DNA from: Eledone cirrhosa
Lineage: Eukaryota
Direction of reading: 5' to 3'
Assembly (NCBI GenBank): GCA_964016885.1
Contig: OZ024757.1
Location: forward strand, 24,180,001-24,244,000
Length of the DNA: 64,000 nt
Each line of letters starts with the position of its first letter. Position 1 is the stretch's first letter. Positions 12,872 through 28,356 of the stretch are shown here, piece by piece. Under the pieces are notes generated by a model, which had not been told where the DNA came from, did not search any database, and saw nothing but the letters and a program-made list of their open reading frames with translations. Position numbers and translations under genes: made by a program.

Positions 12872-13324
12872 GTTGGTTTATGTTGTGATCTTTATTTTTC
12901 AACATAGGCTTCATCTAGGTCAATACACTTTTGCAAACGCCGATACCAGCTTTTAAGTGGGACTATGTAAAACAGAGGGCCCTGCGATTTAAACCATGTC
13001 AAAGTAGCTTTTTTTGACATCTACACCTGGGGATCGACTACAACCTCATCTCTCCCACTTCGAAAACGACTTATCCATTTCTAGGTTGGTGATTTCTGAG
13101 GGGCATTTGCTCTGGAACGTCATTGATTTGACGGCTCTTCCGCCCTAGCTTCACCAAGAATATGATGTTTTGATGGAGGCCATATTGCTTGAGCTGGTGC
13201 GCACCTCCGACTGGCGGCGCCGCGTTGTAACACACGTTCATACGAGAATATACTGAGATCAAAAATCCCTGCATATGATCTTTAGCTGTATACTTATTCC
13301 ACGAAGGTTTTTTAATCCACCTAG

Positions 13325-13398
<74 letters not shown>

Positions 13399-13610
13399 CA
13401 TATATATATAAAACAAAGAAGATGCGGTAAGATACCAGGTGGACCATAGCGCTTCAGATTACTCGATACTTTGAGTAGTATAGTGGGTAATATGGAAAGG
13501 TTCAGGACCCCGACGACTGAGCTCCGGCCGTTTCGACAGCTAGATCCAAGCAATATGGATCTAGCCGTCAAAACAGCCAGAGCTCAGCCGTCGAGGTCCT
13601 GAATCTTTTT

Positions 13611-13665
<55 letters not shown>

Positions 13666-13726
13666 TAGATAGATAGATAGATAGATAGAGAGTCTGGTAT
13701 ATAAAAATTATATTGATTTTCATTAC

Positions 13727-13846
13727 CTGGGCTTCGGCCATACTTAATCGTTCTGCCATCTCTCCGTACTCGCTAGTCTGACGTCTATCTGAAGTCGAAC
13801 TTTGATTCATGGCTGCTGGTCTGGCGCCTGATTTCAATTGTTGCAT
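13727..13846 (-). CDS. IF gene 1 exon 5
   Basis: ttttttgaatag| ... |gtaatg; 120 nt, phase 0/0; MQQLKSGARPAAMNQ...LSMAEAQ. Confidence 0.88.
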
Positions 13847-14241
13847 CTATTCAAAAAACAATAAAAATTAAATTATAATAATTCATATAATATGAATGGC
13901 AACAAATGAAGGACGCTTACGTGGAGTAATTCCAGAAATTCTAGGTTTACACAAAATATTTTATAAAACATTAGACATCAAGAAGGAGATTGCGCAAAAT
14001 ATGATATCACACTTCTCAATAGAGAGATAGCCAACTTACGTGCAAACTAGAAAACCACAGATGCTGGATCATCCTTACTATCATAGACAATTACAAAGGG
14101 TATAGCTAAGATTGTCTAACGTTTTTGTTAGAATAGTGCATTTAATAACGACTGCATTAGAATGGTTAACATGAAATTAAACTTACGACAATTCTAAAAG
14201 ACAAAAATACATTTTAGTTATATATTTATATATGTCCTTAC

Positions 14242-14406
14242 CTGCTCAGCATGTTGAGTTTCCATCATAGCTGTAACTTGCTGCAACTGAGTGTCATACT
14301 CGGCACTGAGCTGAGCAACAATATCTCCAAATTCAGACTTCCATGTATCACGGAAATCAGGTATGCTCTGTGATTTTGATAGCATCATCTGATATTCTTT
14401 GATCTC
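14242..14406 (-). CDS. IF gene 1 exon 4 (linker L12, start of coil 2)
   Basis: gagcag| ... |gtaagg; 165 nt; EIKEYQMMLSKSQSIPDFRDTWKSEFGDIVAQLSAEYD...HAEQ. Confidence 0.93.
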
Positions 14407-15013
14407 CTGCTCGTTGTAAGTTGAAAAATTAAAAATTAAAATGGAAGCAAGTTAGCAGATTTTAATATATTGATAAAACTATACGAGATCTGGATGTCTG
14501 GCACGCATCTTTAGGGATAGACAGGTAGACTTGTTCTCACCTGACTCTCATTTTTTACTGTGATGATATTTTCCAGCCACACTCCGAGAACTGTTTATGG
14601 TGGTAGGCTAAACTTGGTGAGGGAATGGACGCTTGGAAAGGCAATGGGCACCAGAAAACATTTCTAAAGTCCACCGAAACGGCATGATGCACTCAAGGTA
14701 AAAGAGTGGCACCCCAATGACTGGCCGCATTAATTACGGGAACTTAAATAATTAATAATTACTGGTATTTACAGAACATCAAAATTAAAATCTTCATTCA
14801 ATACTGTAACAGATTCCATTCCTTACCAAACTCTGCACATGCGTGATAGGGAATTAAATTCATAGAGACTTTTATTTGCCAAATTGGAACAATCGGATTT
14901 AAGAGTGTTTAAAAAGTTGTGAACAACTTAGGAGTGAAAATAACTGATAATGTCATGGTAATTCTCTTTGAAAGAGAATCAAATACAGAAAGTATAAAGA
15001 AAAGCAACATTAC

Positions 15014-15109
15014 AGCGGCATGGACATCAGTGAGGAAAGCAAGTTCGTCTTCCAGGGCTTGAACACGAGCAGTTTCGGCCAATCTTAGAGTTGTTTCGTT
15101 TTGCAATTT
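15014..15109 (-). CDS. IF gene 1 exon 3
   Basis: cttttctttag| ... |gtaatg; 96 nt; KLQNETTLRLAETARVQALEDELAFLTDVHAA. Confidence 0.95.
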
Positions 15110-15332
15110 CTAAAGAAAAGATATGCAAATATTTTACTTTATCATATTTGTTAGAAAGACAGGAACGAACTAAATATGGAGAAAGAAGCTTATATTGTAC
15201 ACTTATATTTATAAGTCACTAGACCACCAGTGACGTTTAATTCAAAATATTTTTTAAAAATCATATTCACTTAAAAATAATTTTCAAATAATACACAGAC
15301 ATGTATATAATGTGAAATGAAACTGGAAGGCC

Positions 15333-15385
<53 letters not shown>

Positions 15386-15855
15386 GTGTGTGTATGCATA
15401 TAATATATAAATGTGTGTATCTATATGAGTGTGTATTTTATATATATATATATATATGGGTGTCTGTGACCTATATACACTTGTCATAGACACATACACA
15501 CACACACACATATATATATATACACAACGACACCATCAGCTCTCTCTCACTCTCTCTCTCTATCTATCTATCTCTCTGTTTGTGAAGGTACCTGGAAAAA
15601 CCCCATATCTCAGGAAGCCTGTGCTCCGATTTACGGGAAATTTGTTTTATTCCATTTGTATCCCCATTTCAGGGTCAACTTCCTTTCAAACTATTTTCCT
15701 ATGATACGTCCTTTTCACTGTATTACATTACAGATAAGCAAGCAATCACAGCGTTTTAGCAGTATATAGATTAATCAGGTGTTTAGTTTCGTTTGTGATT
15801 ACTGTATATTGTCTGTATTTATTTTAGAAATGTACTGTAGAGTTTGTAGAATATG

Positions 15856-16007
15856 TACCGTATTTCCCGACGCCGACGGTGCTTTGTCTTCGAGGACGCA
15901 CCCTAATTTTAACATCCAAACAACCCTCGACCTGCAGGACGCATGGAAAAATTTTGAGACTTATTTTAGGGAAAAAGTAGCGTCTTCGACGCCGGGAAGT
16001 ACTGTAT
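15856..16007. mobile_element. Tc1/mariner-pogo-type MITE
   Basis: TA-flanked imperfect TIRs CCGTATTTCCCGACGCCGA / TCGACGCCGGGAAGTACTG; related ends near 42400 and 49340-49650. Confidence 0.6.
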
Positions 16008-16573
16008 ATGTTTTCTACTAATGTTGCTGTACGAGCATATGAAGCCGACGTGAAGACATCTTCAGTTGACCCTGTGTGTTGTTGGATAATGTTATGTAAT
16101 GAATCAACGATCTGCTTTGTTGACTTATTTATTTGAGATATGAAATCATCCGGGGATAACAAACAAACAGACGAAGTCTTAAAACAATACAAATGCAACG
16201 CAACAAATACAGGATGTATCAGGTTATATCTTTTTAACAAATGGCCATATAATCATGCGGTAACTTGTATATGTCTGAATATAAAGTTTTATTCTTTTTT
16301 AATAACTTTTATATATTTTTATAAAGTTATTTACATATTGAGCTTTTGTAAAAATTGTAAATGAAATCGGATGGTTCCTTTTTATAGACTCTGCATATTA
16401 AACAAAACACCTGTTAAATCCGGGGTCTCAAACTCAAGGATTCAAAAGGGCTATTACATCCTGGAGAAGAGTCACAGCGGTCCAAAATTGAAAAATTGAA
16501 ATAATGTCTGGGAGCATGATTTCCCCGAGTTGCGAATCACTACAGCTAATAGGCTAGTTTATTTATCTATTTC

Positions 16574-16751
<178 letters not shown>

Positions 16752-17099
16752 TACATATTATGTATGTATGTATGTATATATGTAAAAGGTAAACAGAAAT
16801 AACACAATCGGTACAGTATATGGAAGGAATATATTAGATTAACGCTTGAAATAGCTGAAAGGTCGCTAATCCTTCATCAGAAGAAAGAATGATAAATTAG
16901 ATATTAGTTGGATTTTCAAATGGGATTTTCACTCTGAAACTGGATATACACTCGGAGTTTACCTGAACTTCCACCAGGAAATCTTTTCGTATCACTAATA
17001 TTTTCTTTGCTTCTTGCAATAAATATATAAATTCGAAAGTTTATTAAAAAAAATATTTATGCAAATTAACATAGCATGATTGTTTAACGAAAGTGTGTA

Positions 17100-20000
17100 A
17101 TCTGGCCAGTTGGGTTCGAATTTTAGGAGTCAGCGAAACTGGTCAAAGATGGAACTAGCGGTTTTGATCAAGGGGTGGAGCCTGGCTGATGGGTCACCAC
17201 CAAGCAAAAAGATTGCGGAGACCCTGGCACAGATAGAGAAAAAGAGAAAAGAAATCGAGAAGGCCTATGTCCTCATAGCGCCACATATGGCGATGCTAAG
17301 CCGTGTCCTCAAGGAGGAGTAAAACGAAGAGAAAGGGGAAGAAAAAGAAAAGGAAGAAAGCACATGCATGGACCTGAAAGAAAATGAGATACCAGCCGCC
17401 ACAGTCAGGGAGGGCAGGCCGGGCAACCAACAAGCAAAAGGTAAAGGTGAGAAGCGAAATCACCTTTCGAAGGAGAACCAAGCGCAGAGGGACCAGTGGG
17501 CAACTGTTCAAAGGAAGAACAGAAAGCACCGAGACACTGGGAGCAAGAAAACCCAAGTAATGTGCAAGCTTTTCAGGGAACGGGACCTGCTGGCATGGAG
17601 AGACAGGGATGGACTGAAGATTCGCCCACCCCAGGTTTCAAACGAACTATGCCCATGCTACTCGCGCAACATGCCCCAGCCAAAGCCGAAATAAGCCGCT
17701 CCAGAAGTATGCTGATGTCACGCGTGCCGCGCCAACAAGGAGAAAGCACGCACATGCCGACGAGATACAGATGGCAGCAGCAGAGCAGAACATTTTTTTA
17801 GTGATGGTAGAGAAGATTGTGGGACAGCTGACCTGGCTGCATCGTTTCCAGAGCCAGGGTCACCCATACCAGCACTCGAGACCACCACAGCTAAGGGACC
17901 CAGAGTGGCCACCGCTGACACCAGACCAGGTGTCATACTGACAGCCATTACTGGCACCCCAAAAGTCACACCAGTGCTGCTGCTGAATGTCAGAGGCCTG
18001 GTGAAACTCAGTAACATGAGTAAAATGTCCTACCTGGTAGACTTAGCCACAAGCAATCAAGCATTATGCATGGCACTAACCGAAACGCACCTGACAAGCA
18101 GTATAGCAGATGCAGAAATACATATACCGAAATATACTGTATTTCGTTCGGACAGGAAGGAGAGAACTCATGGTGGGGTTGCTCTGTATATGCGTGAAGA
18201 TGTCACAATAATTGTACTGTTGACACATTCAAACTCAGTCTGTGACACACTGATAGTACATATGAAGCAACCACAGACAGTAATATGTGTCACATATCGG
18301 CCGCCCGATGCCCCCAGTCATGAGGGTAATTTGAGGATAGCCTCAGTAGGATAGAAGAGGTCCTTGACAAACTGGACCAGCGTCTCAACATTCTACTGCT
18401 GGGAGACTTCAACCCGCCAAAGGTCAAATGGCCTGAGGGCCACCTCATCCCTGGAATGACGTCAATAGAACAGAGACAGACGGAATCCCTGCTGGCCCTC
18501 ACACGTAGGCTGTTCATGGAACAAGCAATACTCCTCCCAACAAGAGGCGAAAATGTCCTGGACCTCGGTTTTACAAACAACGAAGTGCTCGTCCACAATG
18601 TAAAGGTGACACCAACAATTTTCTCGGATCATAACTTAGTAGAACTAATGATATGTGGTCCGAGAGAACCAACAGAGACACAACCATCAAGAAGCACCGG
18701 GACGTTATCCAGCCTTAACTTCTACAAGGCTAACTGGAAAAAGATCAAGAGAGAAATCCGGAAGCAAACATGGAGCGAAAACACCTCCACACAAGACACC
18801 AACACACAATTTCAACACTTCATGACAACGATACACACTATATGCAAAAAGTTTGTCCCGGAGAAAAAGGCAAACAGACGCAAAAATCTTATTCCCAGAG
18901 ATAGGAAAATACTTATGAGACGTAGAACCAAGCTCTCAAACCAGTTGAATGCACAACACGAAAACAAAAACAAGAAGGAACCCTATTTGAAACGTGCACT
19001 ACTTGGCACCGAGATTGCACTCAAACTTTCCCATGAAAATGAAAGGGCAAAGAAAGAAAGCAGGGCCATAGAAAACATTAAAACAAACCCTAAGGCCTTC
19101 TTTAAATTTGCAAAATAAACTGCCTCGGTACACTGCAAGATTGGGCCACTCTTCCATACAGACGGTTCATTAACCGAGAATCCCCAAGAGATATGTGAAA
19201 TACTGAACGAACAGTACAGAAGTGTGTTCACATGTCCACTGAGGCACATGCAAATAACAAAGCCAGAGGAGTTCTTTGATGCCACAACACTACATGAAGA
19301 AATGGCGACCATCAACCACATAGACATAACGGAGGAGGATGTGGTGCACGCCTTAGATGAAATTAGAACATACTCAGTTGTTGGACATGATGGATTCCCA
19401 GCAGTCCTCTTAAAAACATGTAAGCAGGCCTTAGCAACTCCACTGAAGATGCTCTTCAGAAGCTCCTTGGCTAGCGGTATACTCCCCAGGGAGCTGAAAG
19501 AAGGCACAATATGCCCTATCCATAAAGGAAGTAGCAGAGCGGAGGCCAAAAACTATAGACCAGTCTCCCTGACGTCGCATATCAGTAAGGTCATGGAGCG
19601 AGTCGTCAGAAAGAAACTGATCACTTTCCTCGAGGAAAATGACCGCCTGACTAGCACGCAGCATGGCTTCCGCCCAGGAAGAAGCTGCTACATCACTACG
19701 ACTGGCTACTAAAAGAACTGCTAGACAGCTCACATGTGGACGTGATATATTTTGACTTTGCCAAGGCATTTCAAAAGGTCGACCACGGAATGATATGTCA
19801 CAAACTACACGGACTCGGCATAACTGGAAAAGTAGGTGAGTGGCTGCATTACTTCTTAAAGGACAGAAGCCAGACAATCGCAGCAAACGGGGCCCTCTCA
19901 AAGGAAACACCAATAACAAATGGGGTGCCCCAAGGGACAGTCCTGGGACCACTACTGTTTTGGTGGCTCTCTCAGATATGCCCTCTGTAGTACATACAAC

Positions 20001-21000
20001 AACATCCCTCACTAGCTATGCTGATGACACTAAAGTAGCACAGGCAATCAAAAACCCGGCTGACGCTGCCCTTTACAACAAGATCTGGATGCCATATACA
20101 AATGGGCGGAAGGAAACAACATGCAGTTCAATGCTGGCAAATTCCAAGCCCTACAATACAAACCTGCAAACACAAATACAGTACAACACAGTTACGCAGG
20201 ACCAGGAGGGACCGATATCCCCGTGTCAAAATCGATACGAGACCTGGGTATAGACATGAGCGATGGTGCATCTTTTTCCTCACACATCATGAAAGTGGCG
20301 ACAATGTGCTGACGACTCGCTGGTTGGATCTTGAGGACTTTCCGGACAAGAGACCGAGAATCCATGTTGACACTATGGAGGACATTTGTCCTAAGCCGTC
20401 TGGACTATTGCTCCCAGTTGTGGTCACCCCATAGTGTCAAACTAACCACGGAGCTTGAGGAAATCCAGCGAAGCTACACCAATTGCCACGATGAAGGAGA
20501 TAAGCTACTGGGAGAGGCTAAAAGAACTGAACCTTTACTCCTTGGAACGAAGACGGGAGAGATACTCAATGATCTACATGTGGAAAATCCTGGAGGATCT
20601 AGCACCAAACTTTGGCATTGAGAGCTGGACCAACCGTCGAACAGGACGTCACTGTGTGGTGCCAAAGGTCCCGTCTTCCACATCTAGAATAAAGAGCAGA
20701 TATTGCAATAGCCTGGGGTTCAACGGCCCTCAACTCTTCAACAAGCTGCCGAGGGATCTGAGAGATTTGTATGGTGTGGAGGTGGATGTCTTCAAGAAAC
20801 ATCTCGACACCTTGCTATCCAGGATCCCGAATGAGCCCACAGCAAAGCACGAGAGAAATCTAAGGGCAGCAGCAACAAACTCCCTCTTACAGCAGTGGCC
20901 TACCAATACAGGCTGGAGATAAAATGTGTAGCAATAAGGGCGGTGCACCAGCATGGCCTCAGTCGGATGTCTGGAATAGGTAAAAGAGTATACATGTATG
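17100..21000 (+). mobile_element. near full-length decayed CR1/Jockey-group LINE in intron 2 (antisense to host)
   Basis: APE motifs NVRGL, LTETHL, YRPP, GDFN, SDH; RT motifs NYRPVSLTS, QHGFR, DFAKAF, GVPQG, YADD; frameshifts and stops; ORF1 remnant upstream. Confidence 0.9.
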
Positions 21001-21507
21001 TATATATTGTTCCGCTCATTTTTATAGTTCTGGTATCTCAAATTAGTACCATCGAACTACAACTATTATAAACACCATGCATATTTCTATAGGTACCTAG
21101 TGCATGTTGGAATATTCATACCCTTTTATAATTTTTCTCCTGGTGTAGAGAACAAAACGTTGTTTCGCGCTGCTATTTTTAGCGGCATGATCAGCAAGTT
21201 TATAATAACCCGCTTTTACTTGTAGCCTAATTTTGCGTGTGCGTCACTTCAACGGCTTGACCGCATGCGTCGGGCAGTAAGCGAAATATTGACTTTGGAC
21301 CCTTATAGTATGGACATAGCTGTCTGAAGATCTAATTCTTTCCATTGGAAATTCTCTGAATTTCAAATCTTTTGGTTAGTGAAACCGTCGGTAACAGCAA
21401 TAGAACAGGTGAATATTTAAATCGTTTCTTAATTTATTTAAAGGATTGTTTGATAATTGCTTGCTCCGCTCATTTTTATATGTATATATATATATGTATA
21501 TACGTAT

Positions 21508-21542
<35 letters not shown>

Positions 21543-21552
21543 AATATATATA

Positions 21553-22432
21553 TCCTCTTCCAGTGTGTTCATGTAGGGGCTCCCACAGGAGCACTGAGTA
21601 CAACATCAACTCAGGATGTCGGTAAGCATTTCCAGCTAACCTCAGTCTCCTCTGTGTCACTTTTGAGCTGACTTTTGGGAGGCTCCCATACAGCTCTGAG
21701 TTTTTCATCCTCAGTGTATACTAAATAATGTTCAGAGCCATCCTCATCATTCTCGTGTAGCACCCATCCACCATCTGAGTGAGTTTCTTGGTAAGTGTCC
21801 AAGTCTCAGACCCGTACAGCAGCACAGACTCCACTACTGCAATAAAGAGGCGGATTTTCAGGTCTTTACGAAGGTCCGACTTCCACACCGATCTGAAGCT
21901 GTGGCACGCCGCCCAGGCTTTGCTCTTCCTCTCAACCACATCATCTTCCGTATTCCCAATCTTTGCTCCCAAATACAGGAAGTCCTCAACCAATTCTAGC
22001 GGCTTCCCGCCTACATTAGTGATACCCTCAGGCTTCTCAACATTCTCTACCAGATATTTTGTTTCAGTCTCATTTATTCTCAGCCCCACACTCATCGACA
22101 CAGTCTCAACCTCCCGCATCAAATCCTCTGCCTCCTTCACTGTATTTGTCACCAAAACTATGTCGTCGGCAAATTCAGTAATTGGTACCTTTTTCGCTCT
22201 AACTCTCCTGCTCTGAGCCGGTGCTACAGTAAAGCCAGAGTCCTGGTGTTTCTCCAGTGCAAGGCACATACAATAGTCCACTACGATGATAAAAAGGTAG
22301 GGAGCCAATGTATCTCCCTGGAGCACTCCAGCCAGTATCTCAAAGAACTCTGTCATCCCATCAGGTGTAATAACTTGGGCTTTGGTGTTGGTGTAGAGCA
22401 GTGATATCAGGTCCACTATCTTCTTGGGGATA
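21553..22432 (-). mobile_element. RTE-X-like LINE RT fragment between (TA)n tracts
   Basis: [40 protein letters not shown]. Confidence 0.85.
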
Positions 22433-22755
22433 GTATATATATATATATATACACATGTATATATATATATATATACATGTATATATATGTATATATATAT
22501 ATATATACATAATATATATATATATGTATATATGTAAATATATATATATACATGTATATATATATATAAAATATATATGTATATATATACATGTATATAT
22601 TTGTATAATATATATATGTATATATATAATATATATATGTATATATATGTATATACATGTATATATTTATATAATATATATATGTATATATATACATGTA
22701 TATATTTATATATATATATATATATACATGTATATATTTATATATATATATATAT

Positions 22756-22811
<56 letters not shown>

Positions 22812-22837
22812 ATATATATATACATGTATATATATAT

Positions 22838-22872
<35 letters not shown>

Positions 22873-22927
22873 CGTATATATATATATATATACGTATATA
22901 TATATATATGCGTATATATATATATAT

Positions 22928-23010
<83 letters not shown>

Positions 23011-23021
23011 TACGTATATAC

Positions 23022-23091
<70 letters not shown>

Positions 23092-23234
23092 GGAAAGTTA
23101 TATTTAAATTGTTGGGTTACAACTAGTAAATATTTATAACTGATATAATCACTACCAAATCAACCTTCTCAAATGCAAGTAGATGTTGTTACGGTATGTC
23201 GAATCTATTTATCTATAAAACTGTTTATATTGTA

Positions 23235-23296
23235 TTTTGTCTGAGGAAGGCATAGCATATTGTTAATATGATATCCCTGAAATATATATAATGAAA
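23235..23296 (+). ncRNA. minimal hammerhead ribozyme motif (family C)
   Basis: ttttgt CTGAGGA AGGCATAGCATAT-TGTTA-ATATGATATCCCT GAAA TATATATA atgaaa, then AATAAA. Confidence 0.7.
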
Positions 23297-23335
23297 TAAA
23301 TATGGTTTTATAAATATAGTTTCCATTTATTTAAT

Positions 23336-23410
<75 letters not shown>

Positions 23411-23431
23411 ATATATATATATACATGTATA

Positions 23432-23468
<37 letters not shown>

Positions 23469-23596
23469 GTATATATGTATATAAATATATATACATGTAT
23501 ATATGTATATATATATATATACATGTATATATGTATATATATATATATACATGTATATATGTATATATATATACATGTATAAATGTATATATATAT

Positions 23597-23638
<42 letters not shown>

Positions 23639-23751
23639 GACTCCAGTTCCCCAGTGAATTAACAACCCAACAAGGAACTGGGCATATCAGAGTATTGACA
23701 ATATCATACACCTAAACAACATATGTACTTGTCTATACCATACTAATTCAA

Positions 23752-23806
23752 ACTGCCTGAAGAGGTCACAGCCAAAGATGGCTGTCACTGAAATATATAT
23801 AGCAGT
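23752..23806 (+). ncRNA. minimal hammerhead ribozyme motif (family B)
   Basis: ACTGC CTGAAGA GGTCACAGCCA-AAGA-TGGCTGTCACT GAAA TATATATA GCAGT AATAAA. Confidence 0.85.
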
Positions 23807-23868
23807 AATAAACGAAGCTAAATTTTAATCATTTGACTTTTATTTAACTTTATATATATATACATGTA

Positions 23869-23995
<127 letters not shown>

Positions 23996-24040
23996 ATGTA
24001 TATATGTATATATATATATATATATATTTCGTTATATATG

Positions 24041-24072
<32 letters not shown>

Positions 24073-24092
24073 TATTAGTGCGTGTATTCATA

Positions 24093-24181
<89 letters not shown>

Positions 24182-24252
24182 ATGCATAGGAGGGAAGAAA
24201 AAGAGTAAGAAAGGTGGTTAAGAGAAAACTGTTTGAAATTATTTCAACATAC

Positions 24253-24439
24253 CACTCTTAGTTCATTCAGTTGTGCGTCAAGAATACCATTCTTGGTTTT
24301 CATGTCTGCTAGTTGTTTCTCAGCCTCGGCTGCCCTTCTTCTACATAACTCGCTGTCTGCAGTACGGCGGGCCACCTCGTCATGTAATCCATTAACAGTG
24401 TTTTGCAGTTTGTCGTTCACGTCTTGTAGGTGGCGCAGT
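24253..24439 (-). CDS. IF gene 1 exon 2 (long coil 1b)
   Basis: ttctttctgtcag| acceptor, |gtatgt donor; 187 nt, open and in phase: LRHLQDVNDKLQNTVNGLHDEVARR...LNELRV. Confidence 0.93.
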
Positions 24440-25176
24440 CTGACAGAAAGAAAAAAATAAATGTGACCGGTGTTCTATTTAGAGATGTTACTATCGCAGC
24501 GTATACAAACGCCGATATGTTTATGTATGATAACGGTTTTTTAATTTAGGCGGGTCGATAAAAAAATGGGATCCGTGTTTTGTTTAGAAATATTCATTTT
24601 TATTGTTGGCACATGGCCAGCAAATTTGATCGGAGGTCAAGATTGATTAAATCAACTAACTCCAGTACTGGTACTTTATTCTATCGAATATAGAACGATG
24701 TAATATGAAGTTGACCTCGGCAGGATTTGAACTGAGAATGTGGAAATTCGGAACAAATACTACAAAGCAGTTTGTCTGATGCTCGAACAATTCTGCCTAT
24801 TCACTGCAATAATAATAACAATGGTTTCAGATTTAGGCACAAAGCCTACAATGTTTGAGGGGTAGGGAACGATGAAACAAAGTTGACTTCAGCTGCGTTT
24901 GACTTCAGAATTTAAAAAGGCCAGAACAAATACCGCAATGGCACATTATCCGACCTTGTACCAATTCTGCCAAACGACCAACCATTTTATCCGACGATCT
25001 AACAACCATTTTTTCCGACAATCTAACAATTCTGTCAATCAACCAGCCATTTGTTTAGGAATATCAATTTATTTTACCTTAGCCATTTTGTCCGCGGAGT
25101 GCAGCCGAAACACCACTCTGGCTAAGGTGTAGACTCTGTCACGCTCTCCCCTTCCCTCTTTCTTTCGTTGCTTAAC

Positions 25177-25843
25177 AATCTTAGCTCTTTCACTCCTTTT
25201 CTTCTCATATAAGCACTCGTCGTCGCGAGATTGCTTCCAAATGAATAAATTAGAGATAAAATATTGATTTCTGATTATAAATCTATGATGAACTGAAATA
25301 TACTGACTGAATCTTAGCTCTTTCACTCCTTTTCTTCTCATATAAGCACTCGTCGTCGCGAGATTGCTTCCAAAGGAATAAATTAGAGATAAAATATTGA
25401 TTTCTGATTATAAATCTATGATGAACTGAAATATACTGACTGAATCTTAGCTCTTTCACTCCTTTTCTTCTCATATAAGCACTCGTCGTCGCGAGATTGC
25501 TTCCAAATGAATAAATTAGAGATAAAATATTGATTTCTGATTATAAATCTATGATGAACTGAAATATACTGACTGAATCTTAGCTCTTTCACTCCTTTTC
25601 TTCTCATATAAGCACTCGTCGTCGCGAGATTGCTTCCAAATGAATAAATTAGAGATAAAATATTGATTTCTGATTATAAATCTATGATGAACTGAAATAT
25701 ACTGACTGAATCTTAGCTCTTTCACTCCTTTTCTTCTCATATAAGCACTCGTCGTCGCGAGATTGCTTCCAAATGAATAAATTAGAGATAAAATATTGAT
25801 TTCTGATTATAAATCTATGATGATCTGAAATATACTGACTGAA
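25177..25843. repeat. 133 bp tandem repeat, 5 near-identical copies
   Basis: TCTTAGCTCTTTCACTCC recurs every 133 nt. Confidence 0.95.
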
Positions 25844-25953
25844 TTTACCTCTGCAATACCGTCCGTTAAATTTGATATTGAAAAACCACACATCAGAGCT
25901 TTAAATATCTGAATGCATACCTGTTGTATTATCAACATATACAACTTGCGTTA

Positions 25954-26009
<56 letters not shown>

Positions 26010-26087
26010 ATATAATATATATATATATATATAATATATATATATTTATATATATATATATATAATATATATGTATATATATATATA

Positions 26088-26169
<82 letters not shown>

Positions 26170-26196
26170 ATATATATATAATATATATATATATAT

Positions 26197-26239
<43 letters not shown>

Positions 26240-26272
26240 TATATATATAGTATATATATATATATATAATAT

Positions 26273-26459
<187 letters not shown>

Positions 26460-26472
26460 TACATATATACAC

Positions 26473-26513
<41 letters not shown>

Positions 26514-26524
26514 CATGCATATAT

Positions 26525-26583
<59 letters not shown>

Positions 26584-26639
26584 TACACACATACACATAT
26601 ATATATATGTGTGTGTGTGTGATTATTAAAGCCTGTTAC

Positions 26640-28110
26640 TGCAACGGTGCCATACTAGGTTCAAACGTTTCGTTAGACCTGAGGCCCAACTTTTCCAACA
26701 TGTGCCTATGAAAATGAACCGGAAAATATTTACTTAAAAAGAAAATACATAACAATAGGGTAAAAGAGAACACAGCCAAATCAATTGCAAATATTCTGAA
26801 CAATCGCTATAGTAGATAATATATATTGGGGATGGGGTAGAATAAATCGATAGATTAAGAGTAATTTGGGAGGGGGAACACATAAATCAATATTAAGGAG
26901 GTCGGTTCTTTAAAAGGTACTTAGAAATGTGAGAACGTCGCGAGAAGAATTTTGTACGTATGTTATGTAGTTTGTTATTTTTGTGGAGATTATTCAATAT
27001 CCACCATTTTTCGTCATTGCACAATCTGCAGGCTTTGAGCCCATATATATGTGGTCGTGATTGTTCTAGTATCTTATATTTGATGGAGAAGTCTCTGTTT
27101 GATTTGCCATATTTTATTCGTCAAATGTGTGGTGTTTCTTTTATTTGGGCATCTGAAGGTCGTTTCGTATTTCCAGGATTCTTTTTGTGTGGTGATTCAA
27201 TGTAGGGACTTCGGCTTTGTATATCATTGCTGGGGTGTTGTATTGTTGGTCCAGCAGGCACGATTCAGGTTTTTTCTAAGAACATCCATTTACTTTGGGG
27301 GCTCTGTTATTTATGCAGGAGGCGTGACTTCATATTCCTGGTACAGAAGTATCCAATTTTAACCGTATACTGCTTAAAGATCTGGTGTATTGTGTCCTGG
27401 ACGAAGTGTATCTATGAGAGCTAAAATCTTCTTTCCCATATTAGTTTTGACATTTAACGAAAAATGAAGAGAGAACCAGATTTTTGCTCTAATTAAAGTG
27501 GCCTGAAGTGTAGGAAATATTCTCGGAGAAGCTGCTAATACGTAAGGCTGTATTATATTAGGGGGCTGCCCTATCGAAAGTGGCTTAGCTAGAAGAGAGG
27601 TTAGAGATCCGCTTGCTAATATTTTAAACTAAATTTTTAAAGACTATAGGTGGTTTGCAGAAGATCTTGTGTATGTCTCTAAGGTTTTCGTTAGACTTAT
27701 GAAAGGGCTTCTATGTGTATGAACATAGGTATAGGTTGAAGTCTAAGAAGTTAACACTAGTGAGGTTGGTGGATACGGTGATTTTTCAGCCCTAGTTCCC
27801 TAAAAGTAGTGATTAACTTTTTCCTAAACGTGTCGAGGTTGTGGTTGTTTTTATGGATCGTAAGAGCCAGACAATTGTAACCGTGTAAACCCGTCTGGAA
27901 ATCCAGAAATTTCGTGCGTAAGGTATCCAGGATAAAGAGCCCCGCCAAATCCAAATATCCGCGCTGTTAAACGATCCCATAGGAACATCAAAGCATTCGT
28001 TTGTCACAGATTTCTTTATCCAGGACTCCCCCTTGTAGTAACTGGCCTTAATAATTATATTCAATTTCGCCCTACGGACTTCAGTTGCTCTATACCTTGG
28101 ACATCTTTAT
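26640..28110 (-). mobile_element. decayed Penelope-like element (RT region and 3' part)
   Basis: WIKK...FDVPMGSF.SADI..LAGLFIL...RKKLI..F.ELGL matches the Penelope RT pattern; flanked by hammerhead-bearing repeats. Confidence 0.8.
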
Positions 28111-28120
28111 CCACCTATTA

Positions 28121-28168
<48 letters not shown>

Positions 28169-28356
28169 GGTTTGTTGGTTCACCACTGGATAGAACTGGT
28201 CATTCCGTATGGTCAACCTCAATGTAATATTAGGGAGAGCACTCGACGTAAAGCAACTCACCCGTCTTCGTTTGTGTAGTTGGTGGTGCGAGTACGGAGT
28301 TAATTATTATAAAATAACAGGAGGCTGGACTGGTGTAATTCCTTAAAAGGTTTATT

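Noticed and set aside
15824-16240. 138-aa ORF as a nested gene
   Set aside because: Overlaps a MITE, has no recognisable domain and is not needed by the IF model
16845-16885. CTGATGA on minus as another hammerhead
   Set aside because: No GAAA follows the putative stem II
17905-20922. Active CR1 element
   Set aside because: ORF2 is broken by several frameshifts and in-frame stops
25282-25410. ATGATGA...CTGA as tandem C/D snoRNAs in the 133-bp repeat
   Set aside because: Antisense to the host intron, no convincing terminal stem, no recognisable guide
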